A DNA stretch of 64,000 nt from NCBI GenBank assembly GCA_965240325.2, contig OZ251222.1, positions 1,612,001 to 1,676,000 of the forward strand, written 5' to 3'. Below, piece by piece: positions 10,582-22,500 of the stretch. A program made the position numbers and the translations under genes. The notes below the pieces were generated by a model. It was not told where the DNA came from and ran no database searches. It saw nothing but the letters and a program-made list of their open reading frames with translations. The stretch's first letter is position 1. Each line of letters starts with the position of its first letter. This DNA is from Rebecca billardiae RCC1528. Its lineage: Eukaryota > Protista > Haptophyta.

Positions 10582-13500
10582 TCAGAACAAGACACGCGCC
10601 GCATCGCGCAGCGCGTCGAGCAGCCGGAGCGTCAGCTCGCCGACGCGCAGCTCGATCACGCCGCCCACGCACGCGCGCATCGCGCCCGTGAGCCCGTGCA
10701 CGATCGGCTCCTGCACGGCGAGGGTGTACGCGAGCGCGAGCGCGCTCGAGCGCAGCATGTCGCGCGTCTGCTCGGCGCCGAGCACGCTCGCCACGACGAC
10801 AGCGAGCGTGCAGAGCGCGCCGAACACGCCGAGCATGAACGCCCACGCCAGCGCGCTCCGCACGCGCTCCGGCGCCGCGCAGCAGCCGAGCGGCGCGCAC
10901 AGCCGCTCGCGGATCTGCCACGCCTGCTTGCGCCGTGCGTACCACAGGAGGAGGTCGAGGCCGTCGACGCGGCCGTCCGCGCCCACGTCGAGCTCGGACG
11001 CGAGCCGGCGCGCGACGCGCCCGGACACGGGCTCGTCGAGCTCGTCGAGCATCGCGGCGATCGCCGGCCCGTCGAGGATGGCGCCGGAGGGCACGCGCGG
11101 GAGCTCGGGCAAGCCCTCGATTGGGAAGAGCGTCGTGGCAGGCGGCGGCGGCGGCGGCGGCGGCGCCTGCGACGGAGGCGGCGCCACCGCCTGGCCCTCG
11201 GCGAGTGACTCGTCGGATGAGCCGCCGCCGCCCGCCGCGGTGACCGCGGTGATGTCACTCGAGCAGCTGCGCAGCGCGGGCAGCGGCGGCCGGCTCAGCC
11301 GCACCGCGTGCCGCTCGAACGCGGCGCGGACCACCTCGTACTCGTCCGCGCTCACGACCCGCGAGAGCGTGGCCTCGGCGGCGGAGCTGCCGCCGGCCGG
11401 CGAGGCTCGGCCCGCCGGCTCGATCGGTCGAGCGCGCACGCTGGCGGGGCGCGGCGGCGGCGTGCCGGCGGGCGAGGCCTCGAGGGGCGGGAGTGGCTGG
11501 GCTCGCGTCGGCGAGGCGAGCTGCGGGAGCGCTGGCGGCGCGGGAGGCGGCGGCGCCGGCGGCGGCGCCGACGGGAGCGGCGCCGACGGAGCCTTGGCCG
11601 GCGCGCCCGCGCCGCCCGCGGCCGATTCCGCGCCGGGCGTCGGCCGCGCGTTGTGCACGGCCGGCTCGCGCCCCCTGCCGCCCGCCGGCCGGCTGCCGAG
11701 CCCCGGCGCGGGGTCCCAGCCGGCGCGCTCGCGCGCACGGCCGGGCGACTCGGGCGCATCGGCGACCACGATGCCTGCGCCCCTCACAATCCGCAGGCTG
11801 CTCACGCGCGGCGCGACGCTCGCGCTCGCCTCTGGGCCGGGCGAGGCCGGGCCGCGGTGCGCCGGCTCTGACGCGCGCTGCTTGCGCGGCGCGGGCGCGC
11901 ACGCCGCCGGGTCGCAGTGGCTCGCGGCCGCCGGCGTGAGCGCGGGGCACACGCGGCCGGGGCCGGCCGCGCGCGCGGGCGCGGCCGACTGCGGGGCGGC
12001 TGCGGCCGCGCCCGCAGCACGCGGCGGCGGGCCGGCAGGGCGCGCGCCCAGCTGGAATCGCTCGAACACCTCGGGCGAGCTCGGCAGCGAGCGCGCGCCG
12101 CCGCCGCCGCCGCCGGGCTGCGCGCCACACCGGCCCGCCGCAACGGCGCTGGCCGGCAGCTGCCCCTCACACGACGCGCGCGACGGCCGAGCGGAGCGCC
12201 CGTGCGGGCCGGAGCCGACAGAGCTGCGCCGAGATGCGCACGAGCTGCGGCGCGAGCTGTGCCCCGAGGAGGACGCGCCGCCGCCGTGCGTCGAAGCGCC
12301 GCCGCCGTGCTGCGACGCGGAGGGTGGAGCCGTCGACAGCCGGCGCGACTCGAGCCCCGGCGAGGGCGCGATGGACGAGCGGCGCGAATCGCACGGCGTG
12401 GCGGGCGGCGCGGGCGCGGGCGGGAGCGCGCCCGCGCGCTCCGGCGCGTGGCGCACGCCGTGCGTGCTGCCGCGCCGGCCGCCGGCCGCGATCGAGCCAT
12501 GGCGCGTGCCTCCTGACGTGGTCGACGTTGCGAGCGAGGTTCGGCGGGACGCGGCCGAGAGCACGGCCGATGTGCTCGCCGTGCCCAGCTCCTCGCGCAG
12601 CGCGGCAAAGAGGCGGTCGCGCGGGTGCGCGCGCGCCGGCCCGCGGCCCAGCACGAAGGCGAGGCGGAAGAGGGCGAGTGCGGGCCCGGCGATCGCGCCG
12701 ACGAGCAGCGCGTTGGCGAGCACGGTCAGCAGCCCCCCCGGCGGCGCCGCGCGGTACAGCAGTGCCTCCAGGCAGAGATCCAGCGCCGCGCAGTTGCACA
12801 CGGTCTGCACGAGCTCCGAGCGGCGCGTGCTGCGGTCGCGCGGCGCGAAGAGCGCGAGCAGCGGGTGGCGCTCGGCGACGGCAAGGAGCGCGCGGCGGAG
12901 GAGCGCCGCGCCTCGCTCGCGCAGCGACGGCGGCGGCAGCACGCCCTTGGCCGCGGTGCCGCGCCCGTCGCTCGGCCCGCCGTCGGCTCGGTCGTCCGCG
13001 CGCGCGGCGGCCAAGGCCGTCGCGACCGCATCCGAGCCGAGCGCGGGCTGCGAGCCCACTGCGGGCGTGTGCTTCCAGCTGACGGATTGGCTGATGGCGC
13101 GGCTGCCGGGCTGGCTGGTGTCGTGCCGGACGGAGGAGCGGCGGCTGCCGCTGCCGCCGCCGCCCCAGCTGGCGCGCGCGCCGCGGACGCTCCCCTCGGC
13201 CGCGGCCGGTGCGGGCGCGCCGCCGCCGCCGGCCACGCCCGCCTCCATGCAATCGGCGGCCATGCTGTCGGCGGCCATGCTGTCGGCGGCCGAAGGGCGG
13301 GAGGCTCGGCACGGCCGCGCGCGCGCCGCGCCCGGCGCGGCGCCGAGCGGCTCCCTCGGCGACGACGCCGCGCTCTGGTTGGCCGAGAGCGCCTCCGCCG
13401 CCGCGGCCGCGGCCGAGCGCCTGCGCTCGCGCACGATTTGCACGGTCGTCATGGGTGCCGCCGCGCCGGCCGCGCCGTGGTGCGAGCCGTCCGCCGCGAG

Positions 13501-16500
13501 GTCGACGGAGCCCCGGCGGCTGCTGCACGCCGACGCGATCGAGAAGCGCGAGCCCGTCGAGAGCCGGGAGGGGCGCGAGGCGCGGGACGCGCGCGAGCCC
13601 GCCACGCTCGCGCGCCGGCGCGGAAGTTTTGCCTCGGCCTCGGCACGCACGGTCGCCAGCTTGTCCGCCTCCTCCGCGCGCCACGCGTCGAAGTGGCGCT
13701 GCGCGCGGCGGTCGAGCGCGCAGCCGACGAGCACGCCCACGAGGTTCAGCGCGCCGAGCGCGTACACGACCGCATAGATCAGGAACGAGCCGGCCGCGTG
13801 CGAGTCGCCCGGACGCGCGCCGAGCGCCGAGCGCGCGTCGTCTGCGGAGAACGTGTTCAGCCGGACTTCCGCGAGCTGCTCGGCGGCGTCGGCGCGGTCG
13901 GACGGGAGGGCGACGCCCGCAAAGTCGGTGAGGTGCGTGCACGCGCAGTAGAGCGGGGCGCCGCCGAGCTCGGGCGCGCCGTCGGCCGCCCCGAAGCCGT
14001 CCAGGGTCGTGCACCCGTCTGCGGACCACTCCAGCAGCGCGTCATCCCAGTAGCGGCACTGAACGACAGGGCTCGAGCCGGCGGCTGCGCTGCCGCCGCC
14101 GCCGCCGCTCGGGAGGGCGAGCAGCACGGGCGCATCGAGCCCGCTCACGTTGTACGCCGCGCCGCGCGCGCCGGCCGCGGCCGAGGGCGGATAGAGCGAG
14201 GCCGAGAAGACGGGCGTCTCCAGCCCGCCCAGCGAGTGGTTGCCCGTGCCGGCCGGCGGCGGCGCGGCGGCTGGGTCGGCATGCGGGTTGATCGCGAGGG
14301 ACCAGAGCACGAGGTCGACGGCGGCGTCGGCGTCGGCGAGCGCGGCGGCGGGGCCGAGCAGCGCCGCGAGGGCAGCCGGCGGCACGCGCACCGCGCCCGC
14401 GCCGCCCGCGTTCGCCACAGTCACATTGTCGGCGAGCTGCGACGCGCTCAGCCGACCTGCAGTCAGGTTGACGGCGCCGCCTTGCAGCCGGGTCGCCGGC
14501 TCGGTGGCGAGCGTGCCGGCTAGGAGAGCGCCTGCCAGCGCGCCGAGCGCGCCGAGCGCGCGGGCGCCGAGCAGCTCAGCCTGCGCATCCGAGAGCTCGT
14601 TTGAGCCGCCGCCGCCGCCGTCCCCGCTGCCGCCGCCGAGCGGCAGAGCGCCATCGATCGCGCGCATCAGGTGCTCCGCCGTCGCAGTCTCCACGCCCGA
14701 GTCGAGCGCCCAGCCACCGAGCGCGGCGGCCTGCCCGAGCGCGGACGCGCGCGCGCCCGCGCCGATGCCGGCCGCGCCCGGCGCGGAGATCACCGCGGCG
14801 AGGGTGGCGGCGGCGTGCGCGCGCGCGGCAGGGCTGGCGGCCGACGCGCCGAGGCCGGCGGCGCGCGCCGTCACGCTCAGCAGCCGCGACACCGCGCTCG
14901 CCGCCTGCGCCTCCGCCGCCGCGCTCGCGTTGGCCGGCGTGGCTGCCGCGCCGCTCATCTCGAGGGCGAGCGCGCGCGCAAGCTGCAGCGCACTCGCGGC
15001 CGAGCCCGACGCCGCCGCGGCGTTCGCGCGCTCGAGCGCGCCTTCAAACAGCGCCGCCCACGGCGCGCCGGCGCGCGCCACGCTCACGTCCGCGGTGGCC
15101 TCGGCCCAGCCGCCCGCGCTGTCCGCCACGCGCACGCGCAGCGTGCGGTTGCCCGCGGGCAGCACCACGGCGCGCAGGTGCGGCGACGCGCGCGGCGCGC
15201 CGAGTGCCTCAGGACCGCCCTCCGCGGCCGCAGGTTGGCTCTCGGGCCAACCTGTCTGGCCGGCGGCCTCGTCCGCTGCGCGGAGGGCGTGCAGGAATGT
15301 GTACGACAGCGGCAGCGCGCTCTCCAGCGCGCCGTCGGCGTCGGCCTCGCTGCCGCCGGTGGGCGCAGCGGCGAGCGCGGGGTCGGCCGCCCAGCCGGGC
15401 GCGCTGAGGTCGAAGCGCGTGCGCAGCGCCTCGCCGCGCGCCGGGCTGACGACCAGGCCGCCGCCGAACGGCGGCCGGCTGAGCTGCACGCGCACCGACG
15501 CGACCGCGGGCGCGAGCAGCTCGGCGTGGGCCGCGCCGTCCGGCGCCGCGCCCGCGCGCGCCAGCGGCGTCACCGTCAGCTCGAACAGGTAGAGGGCCCC
15601 CGGGGAGAGCGCGCCTGACCTGAAGCCGAGCACGGGCGAGGCCGCTCCGCTCGTTGTCACGCGCGCCGTGTCGCCAAGCTCGAGTCCGGAGGCGTTGCGC
15701 CAGCCGCCGCCGGCCGTGCCGTCTGGGACGAGAGCGCGCCACGCGTACGCGAACGAAGCGGCTGAGCCGTCCGCCATCGTGACGGCGGCGCTGAGAGCGA
15801 GCCGCTGCGTCGGCAGCGACCAGCTCGCGCTGTACGCGGCGCGCGCGCCGAGCGGCGCCACGCGCACCGTCGGCACGCGCGCCGCGAGCACGACGAGCTG
15901 CGTCGTGGCGAGCGCGTCCGCGAAGCCAGGCTTGGACACGCGAACGCTCGCCTCGAACAGGCCCGGCGGCAGGCTGCCCGGCGGCAGGGTGAGGGCCGCG
16001 CCGCCGCGCGCGTCGCGCGTCGCGTTGGCCGCTGCCTCGCCGAGCGCGCCGCCCGACACGCCGTCGTCCGCCACCGGCGCGACGCTCCACTCAAAGCTGA
16101 GGCCGGCGCCGCCGAGCGCAGCGCAAAGGTTTGGGTCGCGCGAGCCGGAAGCGTCCAGCGTGAGCGCGCGGTCGGCGGAGACCGTCGCGCGCGCGAGCGG
16201 CAGCGTGGCGAGCAGGGGCGCGCGCGTCACGCGCACGCGCACACGCGCGCTGCTCGTCGCGCCGCCGGCCGCGCGGTCGGTCGCGCGCAGCTCAAGCGCG
16301 TAGGTGTGTCGGGCGAGCAGCGTGTGCGGCGCGATGCGCAGCGCGGGCGTGCGCGCGCTGCCGTCGAGGCGCGGCACGGGCGGCGCGTCGGCGGGCGGCG
16401 GCGCGCCTTCGCCGCCCTCGCCGCCCGCCGCCGCCTCCGCCTCCGCCTCGACGCTCAGCACGAGCCATTCGAACTCGAGCCCGCCCTCCGCGTCCGCCGG

Positions 16501-19500
16501 CGGCGCCGTCGCGTCCGCGCCGCCGCCCGCGCCCTCCTCGGCCGCCGCGCCGCCGCAGCTCGCGCGCTGCGCCATCGCCTCGAGGAGCACCTCGGCGTCG
16601 GCGCGCGCCGTGCGCTCGGCCGGCCCGGCGATGCGCACGCTCGGCCGCGCGTCGTCCGCGCGCTCCACCTCCCAGCTCGCCAGCTCGGAGAGGGTCCCCA
16701 GGGAGTCCCGAGCGCGCACGAAGAACTTGACGCGCGGCGCGCCGCCGAGCGCGCTCAGCTCGAGCTCGAGCACCGACGCGGCGTGCGGCGGCGGCTCGGC
16801 GGCGAGCCGCGCGCCGAGCGCGGCCGCGGACGCGGACGCGCTCGGATCGACCGACCACTCAAACGAGAGCGGTGCGACGCTCCCGCCGCCGCTTGAGGCC
16901 GAGGCGTCGAGAACGATCGTGCGCGGCGGCGGCGCGGCCGCACCGCCGTCCGTGCCCGCCGCGCCCGCACAGCCAGGGTAGTGGGACGGGCCCACCAGCG
17001 CCGCGCGCGGCCGCGGGCAGCCCACGCCCTCGCCGCACGGCGCGTCCGGCGGGATGGTGGCCGCGCCACTCGCACCCAGCTCGGCCGCGCACGCGCCCGC
17101 GCACGCGGCGGGGTAGATGGCTCCCGGCCGCACGCGCAGCGTCGCGCCCGGCCGGACAGCCGTGTGCGCGCTCAGCTGAATCACAAGGGTCGTGCTGTGC
17201 GCCCAGTGGCACATCGGCGGCGCCGTGGCGTCGCCGCGCACGAGCGCGAGCGTGCCCTCGTCGAGCGCCGCGTCGCACGGCGCGACGCCGCCGCCCATGC
17301 CCGCGCGGTCGGTCGGCTGCGCGTCGAAGCGCAGCTCGACCGTGCTCAGCGTCAGACCGAGCCGGGCCTCGAGCACGCGCGGCGCGCGCACGCCCGGCGC
17401 GTACTGGTAGAGCACGGCGGCCGCGCCGCCGCCCTCCGCGCCCGGCTCGGGCTCGAACTGTTGGCCGTTGAGCGAGACGCGCACGCGCACGCTCGCGCCG
17501 CCCACCCCGGGCGGCGCGCGCAGCGCGATCGACGCAGCGTTCACAAGGCCGCGCGTGGGCGATGCGAGGGCCTCCCCGAATGCGACGCGCACGAAGCTCC
17601 AGAGCGCCGCCGCGCCGCCCTCGCCGCCGCCCGCCGAGCCCGCGTCGAACCCCTCGCCGCTCACCGTCACAGCCTCGCCGCCGCCCACCGAGCCGTTCGC
17701 GGGCGCCACCGAGCGCACCGCCGGGGCCGAGTAGAATCGAAACTGCATGCCGCCCGCGCCGGTCGTGCCGTTCGCGCCGCCGCCGAGCGAGATGTGGAGG
17801 GCGAGGAGCGACGGCGCGCCGGTCGGCGCGGGCGGCAGCGTGCACCGCGCGCGCGCTGTGCCGTTGACGCCGGGGCTGAGCAGCTCAGCGGGCGCCGCGC
17901 AGCCGCGCGCCGCTCCCTCCAGCACGCAGCACAGCAAGCTCTCGCCCAGCGACAAGAAGCCCGCGCCGTGCACGGTCACGCGCGTGCCGCCGCGCACTGG
18001 GCCCAGGGGCGGCGAGAGCGAGCTCACGCGGATCTGCTCGGCGGCGTAGAGCGTGACCGTCGGCCCGGCGCCGCCGAACAGGGGCGGCGCGGCGTAACGG
18101 CCGCCGTCGAGCAGCAGCCTCAGGCGATACTCGCCCGGAGGCACGACGCCGCCGCCGCCGTCGGCGGCGTCGGCGGCGGCGCCGCCGCCGACCGCCGCGC
18201 CGCCGCCCGCGGGCGCTTCGCACGTCGCCTCGGTGGCCGAGCGCACGAGGGCGGGCGTGCTCGCGTTGGGCGGCGGCGACCCGCCGGGCGATGCGCCGCG
18301 CACCCACGTGAACTCGCACCACGCGCCGCCGCCGCGCGCGTCGAAGCCCGAGCCTCGCACCGTAAGCGTCCGCGCGCCCGCGGCCGCAGAGCCGTCGGTG
18401 GCTGAGCCATTCTCTCCGATTTCGAGCGGCGCCCCGGCTGGGCTCACGCTGGCGACTGAGGCGAGGAGGGGCGGGAGAGGGGGCGGGGAGGAGGGAGGCG
18501 GCGGCGGGCGCGGCGGCGGGTGCGGTGGCGAGGGCGGCGAGGGCGGCGGCGTCGACGGCGGCGGGCGAGGCGGCGCGGGCAGTGGCGGCGAGCTGGTCGG
18601 CACAGCCGGCGCCGGCGGACGCGACGGCGCGCGCGGTGGCCGCGGCGCCGGCGGCGGCAGCGGAGGCGCGGCCGGCGGCGAGGCCGGCGGTGGCGGAGCA
18701 GCGGCGACGTCCACGATGGGCACCGCCAGCACGACGAGCGCCGCCGGTGCGAGCAGCTCCGAGAGCGCGGCAGCGGCGGTCCCGGCGCGCAGCGCCGCCG
18801 CCGCCTGTGCAGCCGCCGCGGCGCTTGCAGTCAGCACCTGAACCGTCACGCGCGCGCTCGCAGGCGTGACAGCTGTGACGCTGACCGCCGCGATCGGCGC
18901 GGCGGTGAGCTCGGCGACGGCCACTTCGATCGAGCGCCGCACACCCTCGCCCACGTCGGCCGCGTCCGCGTCGACGAGCAGCTGCGCGCTCACGTGCACT
19001 GCGTCGGAGGGGCTGGGCGGAGGCGGGTGGTGCGGCGGCGTGCGCGGCGGCAGCGGCGGCAGCGGCGGCAGCGGCGGCGGGGGTCGGGGCGGCGGCGGCG
19101 AGGCCGCGAGTGGAGGGGGTGGGGGCGACCGTGGCGTCGAGTGCGGCGGCCGCGCCGGCTGTGGGGGCGGTGGGAGTGGCGGCGATGATGGTGGCGGCGA
19201 GGCGGGCGGCCTCGGCGGCAGTGGTGGTGGCGGCGCAGGCGCGGCTAGCTGCAGCGGCGGAGGCGGCGATGGCGGCGGCGACGGCGGCGGCGACGGCGGC
19301 GGCAACGGCGGTCGCAACGTCACAACCGTGGCCGGTGGCGGCGATGGCGGAGGCGCCGGTGGCGCTGACGGCGTCGCCCATGGCGGGGGTGAGAGCGGAG
19401 GCGAGGGCGACGGCGGAGGCATGGGCGGCGGGGATGGCGGCGGCGCAGGCGGCGGCGGCATCGGCGGCTGCGAGGGGGGCACTGACGGCGGTGGCGACGG

Positions 19501-22500
19501 CGGCGGGCTCGGGGGCGCCGGCGGCGGGAACGGCGTCGTGCGTGGCGGCGGCGGTGGCGATGGCGGTGGCGATGGCGGTGGCACCGGCGGCGGCAATGGC
19601 GGTGGCGAGGGTGGCGGCGACGGCGGCGGCGAGGGCGGCGGCATGGGTGACGGCGATGGCGGAGGCGAAGGTGGCGGCACCGGCGGTGGCGATGGCGGTG
19701 GTGATGGTGGCGGCGATGGCGGTGGCGAGGGAGGCGGCGCGGGTGACGACGATGGCGGAGGCGAAGGTGGCGGCACCGGCGGTGGCGATGGCGGTGGTGA
19801 TGGTGGCGGCGATGGCGGTGGCGAGGGTGGCGGCGATGGCGGGGGCGTCGGCGGGGGCGCGGGTGACGGTGATGGCGGAGGCGAAGGTGGCGGCACCGGT
19901 GGTCGCGATGGCGGTGGTGATGGTGGCGGCGATGGCGGTGGCGACGGCGGGGGCGTCGGCGGGGGCGCGGGTGACGGTGATGGCGGAGGCGAAGGTGGCG
20001 GCACCGGCGGTGGCGATGGCGGTGGTGATGGTGGCGGCGATGGCGGTGGCGATGGCGGCAGCGATGGCGGTGGCGATGGCGGTGGCGACGGCGGTGGCGA
20101 CGGCGGTGGCGACGGCGGTAGCGATGGCGGTGGCGACGGCGGTGGCACCGGCGGCGGCAATGGCGGTGGCGAGGGTGGCGGCGACGGCGGCGGCGAGGGC
20201 GGCGGCATGGGTGACGGCGATGGCGGAGGCAAAGGTGGCGGCACCGGCGGTGGCGATGGCGGTGGTGATGGTGGCGGCGATGGCGGTGGCGAGGGAGGCG
20301 GCGCGGGTGACGACGATGGCGGAGGCGAAGGTGGCGGCACCGGCGGTGGCGATGGCGGTGGTGATGGTGGCGGCGATGGCGGTGGCGAGGGAGGCGGCGC
20401 GGGTGACGACGATGGCGGAGGCGAAGGTGGCGGCACCGGCGGTGGCGATGGCGGTGGTGATGGTGGCGGCGATGGCGGTGGCGAGGGTGGCGGCGACGGC
20501 GGTGGCGAGGGCGGCGGCATGGGTGACGGCGATGGCGGTGGCGAAGGTGGCGGCACCGGCGGTGGCGATGGCGGTGGTGATGGTGGCGGCGATGGCGGTG
20601 GCGATGGCGGCAGCGATGGCGGTGGCGATGGCGGTGGCGACGGCGGTGGCGATGGCGGTGGCGACGGCGGCGGCATGGGTGATGGCGATGGCGGAGGCGA
20701 AGGTGGCGGCACCGGCGGTGGCGATGGCGGTGGTGATGGTGGCGGCGATGGCGGTGGCGATGGCGGCAGCGATGGCGGTGGCGAGGGCGGCGGCGACGGA
20801 GGTGGCGACGGCGGCGGCGATGGCGGCGGCGATGGCGGTGGCGATGGCGGTGGCGACGGCGGCGGCGATGGCGGTGGCACCGGCGGCGGCAATGGCGGTG
20901 GCGAGGGTGGCGGCGACGGCGGTGGCGATGGCGACGGCATGGGTGACGGCGATGGCGGAGGCGAAGGTGGCGGCATCGGCGGTGGCGATGGCGGTGGTGA
21001 TGGCGGCAGCGATGGCGGTGGCGAGGGCGGCGGCGACGGTGGTGGCGACGGCGGCGGCGATGGCGGTGGCGAGGGCGGTGGCGACGGCGGTGGCGACGGA
21101 GGGGGCGCGGGTGACGGCGATGGCGGAGGCGAAGGTGGCGGCACCGGCGGTGGCGATGGCGGTGGTGATGGTGGCGGCGATGGCGGTGGCGAGGGCGGTG
21201 GCGACGGCGGTGGCGATGGCGGTGGCGACGGCGGCGGCATGGGTGACGGCGATGGCGGAGGCGAAGGTGGCGGCACCGGCGGTGGCGATGGCGGTGGTGA
21301 TGGTGGCGGCGATGGCGGTGGCGATGGCGGCAGCGAGGGCGGTGGCGAGGGCGGCGGCGACGGAGGTGGCGACGGCGGCGGCGATGGCGGCGGCGATGGC
21401 GGTGGCGATGGCGGTGGCGACGGCGGCGGCGATGGCGGTGGCACCGGCGGCGGCAATGGCGGTGGCGAGGGTGGCGGCGACGGCGGTGGCGAGGGCGGCG
21501 GCATGGGTGACGGCGATGGCGGAGGCGAAGGTGGCGGCACCGGCGGTGGCGATGGCGGTGGTGATGGCGGCAGCGATGGCGGTGGCGAGGGCGGCGGCGA
21601 CGGTGGTGGCGACGGCGGCGGCGATGGCGACGGCGGTGGCGACGGAGGGGGCGCGGGTGACTGCGATGGCGGAGGCGAAGGTGGCGGCACCGGCGGTGGC
21701 GATGGCGGTGGTGATGGTGGCGGCGATGGCGGTGGCGATGGCGGCGGCGACGGCGGCGGCGACGGCGGCGGCGAGGGTGGCGGCATGGGTGACGGCGATG
21801 GCGGAGGCGAAGGTGGCGGCACCGGCGGTGGCGATGGCGGTGGTGATGGTGGCAGCGATGGCGGTGGCGAGGGCGGTGGCGATGGCGGTGGCGACGGCGG
21901 CGGCGACGGCGGCGGCGACGGCGGCGGCGAGGGCGGCGGCATGGGTGACGGCGATGGCGGAGGCGAAGGTGGCGGCACCGGCGGTGGCGATGGCGGTGGT
22001 GATGGTGGCGGCGATGGCGGTGGCGATGGCGGTGGCGATGGAGGTGGCGAGGGCGGCGGCGACGGCGGCGGCGAGGGCGGCGGCATGGGTGACGGCGATG
22101 GCGGAGGCGAAGGTGGCGGCACCGGCGGTGGCGATGGCGGTGGCGATGGCGGCAGCGATGGCGGTGGCGAGGGCGGCGGCGACGGTGGTGGCGACGGCGG
22201 CGGCGATGGCGACGGCGGTGGCGACGGAGGGGGCGCGGGTGACTGCGATGGCGGAGGCGAAGGTGGCGGCACCGGCGGTGGCGATGGCGGTGGTGATGGT
22301 GGCGGCGATGGCGGTGGCGATGGCGGCGGCGACGGCGGCGGCGACGGCGGCGGCGAGGGTGGCGGCATGGGTGACGGCGATGGCGGAGGCGAAGGTGGCG
22401 GCACCGGCGGTGGCGATGGCGGTGGTGATGGTGGCAGCGATGGCGGTGGCGAGGGCGGTGGCGATGGCGGTGGCGACGGCGGCGGCGACGGCGGCGGCGA